A DNA stretch of 64,000 bases from Eledone cirrhosa (lineage: Eukaryota), in NCBI GenBank assembly GCA_964016885.1, contig OZ024742.1, positions 316,572,001-316,636,000 of the forward strand. Direction: 5' to 3'. The position numbers and the translations under genes were made by a program. Positions 56,259-64,000 of the stretch are shown piece after piece. The notes below the pieces were generated by a model, which worked only from the letters and a program-made list of their open reading frames with translations, was not told the origin of the DNA and searched no databases. Position 1 is the first letter of the stretch, and each line of letters opens with the position of its first letter.

Positions 56259-58820
56259 CCACATACAGCATATACCAGCCGTCTTACCTTGTGAAATTTT
56301 CAATAATAGCCTTGTGAATGTCGGGAAAGGCAGAGAGAGAGTAGAAAAGAAGAGTGAGAGAAAGTGTGCATATGCCGTGTGTTTATATGGATGTGTTTGA
56401 TGAAAAATGTCCAAAGTGTTTCTTAATACTTCTGTTGTAAGAAGTCTTTCATTTCACGACAAATGAATCAGCTGCTCATGGCAACACGCGTGTTAATCAA
56501 AGAATGGAGATTAATGCTAAAGCATTTTTTAAAGATTAGAGTAGAATATTGCCATGTCTAACAACAGTTAGGTTAAAAACATATACATGTAGATCGTTAA
56601 ATTTTAATGACATCAAAAGCGTCAACAGTATTCGAAGCAATGGATGGTGACAACTATAAAATAAATCATATTATAATAATGAACGGCGACTACAGAATTA
56701 ACAAAATATTAAAGAATTGTATTAAAAAAGAATCTAATGAAACTGCAAAAATATGAACAAATTCATCTTCAATGTTCACTTCATATCAGCAACAATGAAT
56801 TATCTTTTATAACTTTTCTTTTTATGGTGGTGGTTGGTGGTTGGTTGGAGGGAGGAGGGTATTTATTGAGTGGATGGACGATTTCTAGTTGTGACAGTCA
56901 TATCATAATTATCTTCTAAATAAAATATATTTTACTGAATTATCTAATGTTACCTCCCCCTTCTTTTAGAATACACCAGGTTGCTATATTCTAGCAGCCC
57001 GAGCGATAATATAGAAACATGGTCGCTGGAATTTCACTGTACTAGTGCAAGATTTGTGAACAGCTCTGCGACTTCATGTTTCTCCAGAACTTTCGTTATT
57101 TAACCGAGGCACTGATAAATTATTTTATGATTTTCTTAGGCATTCATTCAGCTCCAGGACCACTCAAGAAACATAGGAATTACAAACTAGACAACAGCAT
57201 CCTTTTAGTGAAAGTTTTATTTATCCATTATGCGTTATAAATACTATGATGGCACTCTGAACTCATATAGGTTGGTGCTAATTGAAGAAATACATATTTT
57301 CTTACATTTGATTATTTTCATAAAACTTATTAATTCCTGAAAATTTCAGATCATGGATTTCCTTTGTTATCGCAGTATTCAGTTTGTGTTGCAATTGCCT
57401 TCACCTTAAAGGAGTCTCTGACTACCAAACCTGTATGAAGCTCACACAGAAGTAAATTGACATCTGGTGTTATTTCAATATGTACGTTAAGCCAACCAGC
57501 AGGTTACGTAGTCATTGTCTTACTAAATGATTTCTTCCTTGCATCAATCATAAATATCCTGTATTTTGTAATTCTACTTGTAAACTTAACAATTGCTTAA
57601 ACATACATCTGTTAAGAATGTACTTATACACAAGAAACAAATTCTTTTTGTTTATTATATCATCATACTTTCTTGGATATAAATAAATATTACCCAGAGA
57701 TACGCATTTGAATATACGTAGAGCTATAAATCGAGAAATTGCACATAGGTATTGTTAGTAAATAGTTTCCTATGAAAATATAACAGTATAGCGATATTGA
57801 TTATACAGGCATCAGTAAATATTGCTTAATGTACTTCTACATGGAAGAATATACAGAATAATTCATATATCCAAACTTACAGTTCAAAATGTACAATATC
57901 CTACAAAAGCTTGTTCACGATAACATAAGGAAGCTGAATAAACCAATCAATTAGGTGCTATGCTGTTTAGTGTAGGCGACTATCTCTCTCCATCCTCTAT
58001 GATCTTTAACCATCTGGAATGAAGTTGTAGCATTCTCTGCCACAAGCTAACCCATGCATTAGCTTTAATCTTTATTTTCCGCTCTTCCTTTAATCCTATC
58101 ATGTAGTTAAAGGGGACTGAACTGTTTCTGCATTGCATGATAACAATATTTTGTTTGTTGCTTCCTGATGGTGCTCAATACTTTTCTTTTTGGTTTTGCT
58201 TTTTCTACCTCCTTTTATTTGTGGTGTTATCTACATATTAAATGCATAGCATTCCTGTCACTACCCATAGTTCTACGACACTGATTCTTTTTCCATCGTT
58301 AAATTGACTTTCTACATTCTAATAAAAGGCAGTAAGGATCATTGAATATTATGACCAGAATTCGTAATTTAGGTTAATGACTTTTCACATAATTAAGAGC
58401 ATGATTTTATTTAATAAAAATGTCTTGGATTTCTTTATCACGCATGCTAGCGTTCAACGTATCTCGTTCGCTATTTCCTCCTGAGTTACAGAAGTCAATG
58501 TTATACCAGAAAAGCTTGTCTCCTTTAGACTTTGCAAAATCTTACAGTAACTGGAAAACTATGTTTTACTAATGAAGTATAATGAAGCCAAACCAAATAC
58601 AAAGTCGTCAAGCTGCTACTAAGCATTGGATTCATAATTAATTATTAGATTTTCGAGTGTAATCGGTGTTATTAATTTCGATAAGAAATTACTTGCATCA
58701 CTTAAAAGGTAATTTTAATTAATTAAAATGTAAGGAGCGTTGTGTCGTCGAGAGGTTTGCTTCAAAACTACACGTTTTCGTGTCCAGTTCCACTGAGCCA
58801 AGCATGCTAATGTAAATAAC

Positions 58821-59032
58821 TGTTTCTACTTTAGGCACAAGGCCAGCAATTACCCAGTGCATTACTGGTACTTTATTTTATCGACCCCGTAAGGATGAAA
58901 GGCAAAGTCAACCTCGGCGGGATTTGAACTCAGATCGTAAAGGGACGTAACTATGCTGGAAAGCATGGCGTCCGACCCTCCACGGATACTGCCAATCCAC
59001 CGCTAGTGTCAATCCACCGATACTGCCAATCC
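58821..59032 (-). mobile_element. SINE copy with duplicated 5' end and TSD
   Basis: TSD CATGCTA(A/G)TGTAAATAAC. GATACTGCCAATCCAC occurs twice. Confidence 0.9.
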
Positions 59033-59571
59033 ACATGCTAGTGTAAATAACAAACCTATCTGAGAAACTGATAAAGTATAACAAGAAAACAACATAATAT
59101 TTGTTCATTACTGTTTTTGAAAAAATTATTATCGGCCAAACAGGAACACAGAAGTATATAGACTCGAGTTCTTAGCATCTCCATGCATGATAGATTTTCT
59201 ATGAGTGGTGGCTTGACGAAATCGTTAGAGCGTCGAAAAAATATGTTACTTATTTATGGATCTTTACATTCTGGGTTCGATATCAGTTCTGCCTTTCATA
59301 CTTCCGGGCTTGTTAAGATAGAATAACAGTTAAGTATTGAAGTTAGTATAATCAACGTTCTCCCCTCCCAAATTTATTGGCTGTTTGTCTAAATTAGAAA
59401 CAATTATATATTTATAATACATAGCTTGAAATAGATATGATCATCCAAAGGACTCTGTTAGAGCAATTTATTATACTGCAAGCATGCCATATATAAATAA
59501 ATATACTTGATGATATTAAAATTTCTCTGTAATTTGGACCCACTTATATTGCAACAATATATTAGAGCTAA

Positions 59572-59782
59572 GGGCGGTGGTTTGGCAGTATTGGCAGAAC
59601 GACAGCGTTTTGCGGCAGAGAGTTACGGCCCCTTACGTTTTGAGCTCAAATCTTGCCGAGGTTAGCTTCGCCTTTCATCCTTACGGGGTCGATAAAATAA
59701 AATACCAGTAATGCACTGAAGTCGATTAATCGACATTCCCTTTCCCCAAAAACTGTTGTTCTTGTGCCTAAAACAGAAACCA
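59572..59782 (+). mobile_element. SINE, longer subfamily, with TSD
   Basis: TSD TATATTAGAGCTAA. Extra segment before the tail. Confidence 0.85.
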
Positions 59783-60189
59783 CTATATTAGAGCTAATCA
59801 CGACAGAGATGTTTAGTAGCATTAGTTTGTAATAAAGAACCTTTTAAATAGCCACAGAATATATTTAAAATATTCACAAACTCCAGTAATATTATCTTTA
59901 ATCGTACTGCTTATTGATCTCCTTTGTAATTGTCTCGATTATTATAGTTTTGATTTATTAATAGCACTGCTCTTATCTCATTATCTATTGTCTTCCTCTA
60001 ATATTGTCTTCATTTAATCTATCCTCTATTTTCATACTAATTTAACTGGCCAGTCAGTTCTTCTTCTTCTTCTTCTTCTTCTTCTTCTTCTTCTTCTTCT
60101 TCTTCTTCTTCTTCTTCTTTAGGAGAACAGCAAATTATTCTTCCCTCTTCACGAGGACGCACCTCTCTCATGATAGGACAACTACAGAT

Positions 60190-61700
60190 GCGTTCATGAT
60201 AGCAGTATGGAGGAGGATTTCTTATTAAGTAGTAGGCGGATGGCCTACCAGAACACTTTATTTACAAATCTGAATTGGGCTTCCAGCTTAACACCTGAAT
60301 TAGAAATTGCCGCGCTGAACAGTCTTCGATCCGTTTCAATGTCCTCAGTTTGCTCAGGCAGGTCTCTGAATTTGGATGCAATAGTATCCGCATACCTTTA
60401 TCCGGTAGGTTGAGCTGGACCAGCACATTTTGGTTTTAGTTAGTATCAAGTTGCAGATAACTAAATGGTGATCAGTTGACACCTCAGTCCATCTCTTAAC
60501 AATAACATCCAGCACAGAATCAAAGAGATCAGAGACAATAATTGTTTCTTCTTTTGGCACAAGACCAGCAATTATCCCACTGTATTACTAGTACTTTATT
60601 TTATCGACCCCGTAATGATGAAAAGCAAAGTTAACCTCGGCGGGATTTGAACTCAGACCATAAATAATAAAATCATTTATTGATCTCTGTCCCTGATTCC
60701 TCTTTTATCATATATATTTATGAATGTCTGTGTTGGAAGAAAGTGTTCATAATAGAGAGTTGACTGCAAGAACAGAAGTCTAATAAAGCCTCTCCATTTG
60801 TATTTAGATCGGGATCACCATTCCTTCGAACCACTCCTTTACATGTCAGGTGTTCAGTATCAAACTGTGCATTCATGTCACCCATTAGGATATATAACTC
60901 AGTCATCTTACTCTGCAGTAGCGTCATCAAGGAATGATCTGTATTCAGACTTCTTGTTTGTTGCATGAACTTGCACCGCCCACAGAGACATATCTTTCAG
61001 CCCGAGCAAATCCTTCCTCGTAATGGGATCCAGTCCATAACACATACTGACCAGCAGGAACTTCTGATTATCCCCACGCCCACTACGGCAGTCTTTTCTG
61101 GTACCACACCTGAGTAGTGGAGTCTCCATCCTCCATCCAAATCTACAGTACCAGAGCCATGGCGCTTTGTTGAGAAAACACTGACAATATTTAGCCTCAT
61201 CCACTAGTTCCTGATCTTTACCTGTAAGGGTTGTGACGTTCCAGGTTGGAATTGTTACGGTTCCCTTGCTTCCGAATCCTCTTTGGGGTCACGAGATACG
61301 CAATCTTTGTGCGTCCATCCCACGCCCCCTCAGGACAGGTCACTAGCACACCACCAGGTTTTCACCATGAAATGGAGACTGCAATCTATCTTTCGAACAG
61401 GCTCCTCCACGTAAGGCCTGTACGCTTCTCTTGTGAACCCATGGGAAGGACGATGTGGTCTGATTCCCTGTGTTATCTCTCATCGTATTGCAGTCTCGGT
61501 GGTCTTATTCGCATCAGTTACCAATCGGGTACTTTTTTCAAATCCCTGAAGATTAGGCTTTTTTAGATGCAGCCTTCATTCACCTCACCATAACTACATT
61601 TCTGCGTTAGGAGTGTTTTCCTCTGAGCTAAAGGTGTCACCAATTCTTCCATGTCTTCAAGTTGTTTACAGCAGACGGTCCGGAGTTGCCTATATCCTAA
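60190..61700 (-). mobile_element. Degenerate RTE LINE 5' part (APE endonuclease), interrupted by a SINE at 60540-60662
   Basis: WNVTTLTGK..GWRLHYSG..GVGI..LMGDMNAQ..NTNGEALLDFC..LSIMNTFFQH..STDHHLV across frameshifts. Confidence 0.85.
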
Positions 61701-62727
61701 TTAACCATTATATATATGGTTGCCTTAGCGCTATCCGCCTCTAGCAGAACAGCTCTGACGAAAGTCTAATAATACTTTCATATTATAATTACATCATTAA
61801 TTTGTAATTAATACATATTCTGCTAACTAATAACGAGTTTACTGTCTAATGAATTATATATTTCAATTTAGAATTACGACGTCGTCATCATATTCTGTTT
61901 CTTTATATTCTCATTCGCATTTATTATAAACTCTCCATGTGTATCTATATTTTACATTTATTCAATGGATATTGGTATTGGCAATGGTGGTGGGGGGTCT
62001 TCACACTCTCCCCATCTTTAGAGATTGATTTTCCAGAAACCAAGTTACGATAAAGATTTCAATTGATAAGACATTGTCTCGGCTTACCACCCATTAAATA
62101 TGGTAGACGGCCTTTCGTTATATGCTTTATATGTAAACTGCCATATTATTAGTTTACTGTTATTAACGTGTAAACTATTTTCAAATGAATTACATTATCC
62201 GTTGTAAACATTAGCTGCTTGCGCAGTGGTTAAGAATTTCTTTTCACAAACATGGTCTCGAGTTGGATCCCACTGCCTGACATCTGGGGTATGCATTGCT
62301 ACCATATCCTCCAGTCGATTTAAGCTTTGTGAGTGAAACTGTGTGGAAGAACGACAAGGGGATTGTACCTGTAATCCCCATAAAAGAAATTCCGTTTCTT
62401 TCTCTACTTACTCTTATATATCTTTCTATTTCTTCTACTTCTTATGTTATCTTCCGATGCAGAACTAACCTCTGAAACGTTGAAACTGTTTTCGTAATAC
62501 ATCAAGCGTTAAACTAATATATGTGTATATCATACTTGTACTGTGTTATTCTCTAGTGTTGATTTCATTGTTGATGTTTCGCACAGACTCGCAGACACAC
62601 ACAAATATACTCATGCACAGAGACACAGACACTCACAAACATACATACATGAAGAGACACAGGCACAAACAGACACACAGACACACCTACACACACACAT
62701 ACACACACCTATATGTATATATATATA

Positions 62728-63299
62728 TCCTCAGTGTATACTGATTAATGTTCAGAGCCATCCTCAGCATTCTCGTGTAGCACCCATCCACCATCTGAGT
62801 GAGTTTCTTGGTCAGTGTCCAAGTCTCAGACCCGTACAGCAGCACAGACTCCACTACAGCAATGAAGAGGCGGATTTGCAGGTCTTTACGAAGGTCCCAC
62901 TTCCACACCGATCACAAGCTGTAGCACGCCGCCCAGGCTTTGCTCTTCCTCTCAACCACATCATCCTCCGTATTCCCAATCTTTGCTCCCAAAAAACTCA
63001 GAGCAGGATGAAAAACTCAGAGCTGTATGGGAGCCTCCCAAAAGTCAGCTCAAAAGTGACACAGAGGAGACTGAGGTTAGCTGGACATGCTCACCGACAT
63101 CCAGAGTTGACATTGCACTCAGTGCTCCTGTGGGAGCCCCTACATGGACACACTGGAAGAGGAAGACCAAGGTTAACGTACGTTGATGCCCTAAGGACAG
63201 ACACTGGTCTGTTGGAGACGCAGGACATGGCAGCGATAATGAGGGACAGAAACCGCTGGAGAGAACTCGTCCATGGATCTCGGGAATTTTACCCGCCCT

Positions 63300-63301
<2 letters not shown>
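62728..63301 (+). mobile_element. RTE LINE 3' end with 5' inversion, inserted in (TA)n
   Basis: 62728-62990 is inverted (LLYGSETW). 63005-63301 is forward (RRLRLAGHAHRH..LLWEP..GRGRPRLTYVD..DRNRWRELV). Confidence 0.9.
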
Positions 63302-63351
<50 letters not shown>

Positions 63352-63763
63352 ATACTATGACCTATTCATTAAGAAATAGACTGTTATATATAAATTATTA
63401 ACGGCTAGATAGCCAGAGCTTCATATCATGTAGGCATTGCTTACATATATTTAATATATAAGTAACGACTTAAGATATAGATGTCAACAACTGAAAGTCA
63501 TAAACAGATTTCCTATTACGTTCAATGTGATTGTTTTTATTGAGCTGGCTGATATTGTTATTGTGGCTTCTTTTCATTTCTTTTCACAAGTGTGTATCAA
63601 TGTCCAATAACAATTTCAGCAAAGTTTATTTTTCAATGTCTGCAGGATATACATAGGCATGCTCGTTTATACACACACAAATTCGCACACACACACACAA
63701 ATTCTCTCTCACACAGAACCACATGAACACGCTCAAATTTACGCACACGCACATACATTTATA

Positions 63764-64000
63764 TATGAGGGGTGTGAAAGGAAATGTGAGAAAGAATGAG
63801 TTTTCTGACATTTATCAGCAAAATTGAAATAATATTTATTTTCCTGTTATTTATTCAGTTCCAACATATATCTCTCTTCGATTATTAGCTATTGTTTTTA
63901 TTACGCATATATCTACTTTAATTACCATTCGTCGCTTTCTATAGGAAATGGGATTGTTAATGGATATGGTTTCCACGAATATAATCATCAGCATCAATTT
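63764..64000. mobile_element. Possible decayed mariner-type end
   Basis: TA|TGAGGGGTGTGAAA start resembles a mariner TIR. No partner end inside the window. Confidence 0.25.

Noticed and set aside
57000-58620. Possible decayed transposase or gene on the minus strand
   Set aside because: Too degenerate to assign by eye.
62543-63301. 252-aa ORF
   Set aside because: Chance fusion of microsatellite, antisense RTE and sense RTE tail.

Overview
AT-rich, microsatellite-dense animal intergenic or intronic DNA, probably cephalopod (inferred from the SINE and microsatellite landscape). I found no supportable host protein-coding gene. The window is dominated by Penelope-like retroelements (PLEs). A 7.1-kb head-to-head pair of near-identical, intact 772-aa RT + GIY-YIG ORFs (Naiad-like) sits at 24442-31570, and there is a frameshifted C-rich Neptune/Poseidon-type PLE plus several PLE fragments. 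The main hidden signal is about 27 type I hammerhead-ribozyme (HHR) motifs, read by eye, in roughly a dozen repeat families. Several families are non-coding, HHR-carrying tandem units (591, 466 and ~318 bp). They sit in (TA)n tracts with the same 'inverted arm + tandem arm' layout as the autonomous PLE, i.e. they look like retrozyme-type satellites of the PLE. Several HHRs have a compensatory U3:A8 core and/or greatly enlarged stem II domains, supported by covariation between families. Also present: RTE LINE fragments with twin-priming-type inversions, a tRNA-derived SINE family, a decayed array of tRNA-like units, a probable Helitron and a perfect 98-bp inverted repeat. All structure calls are manual and untested.
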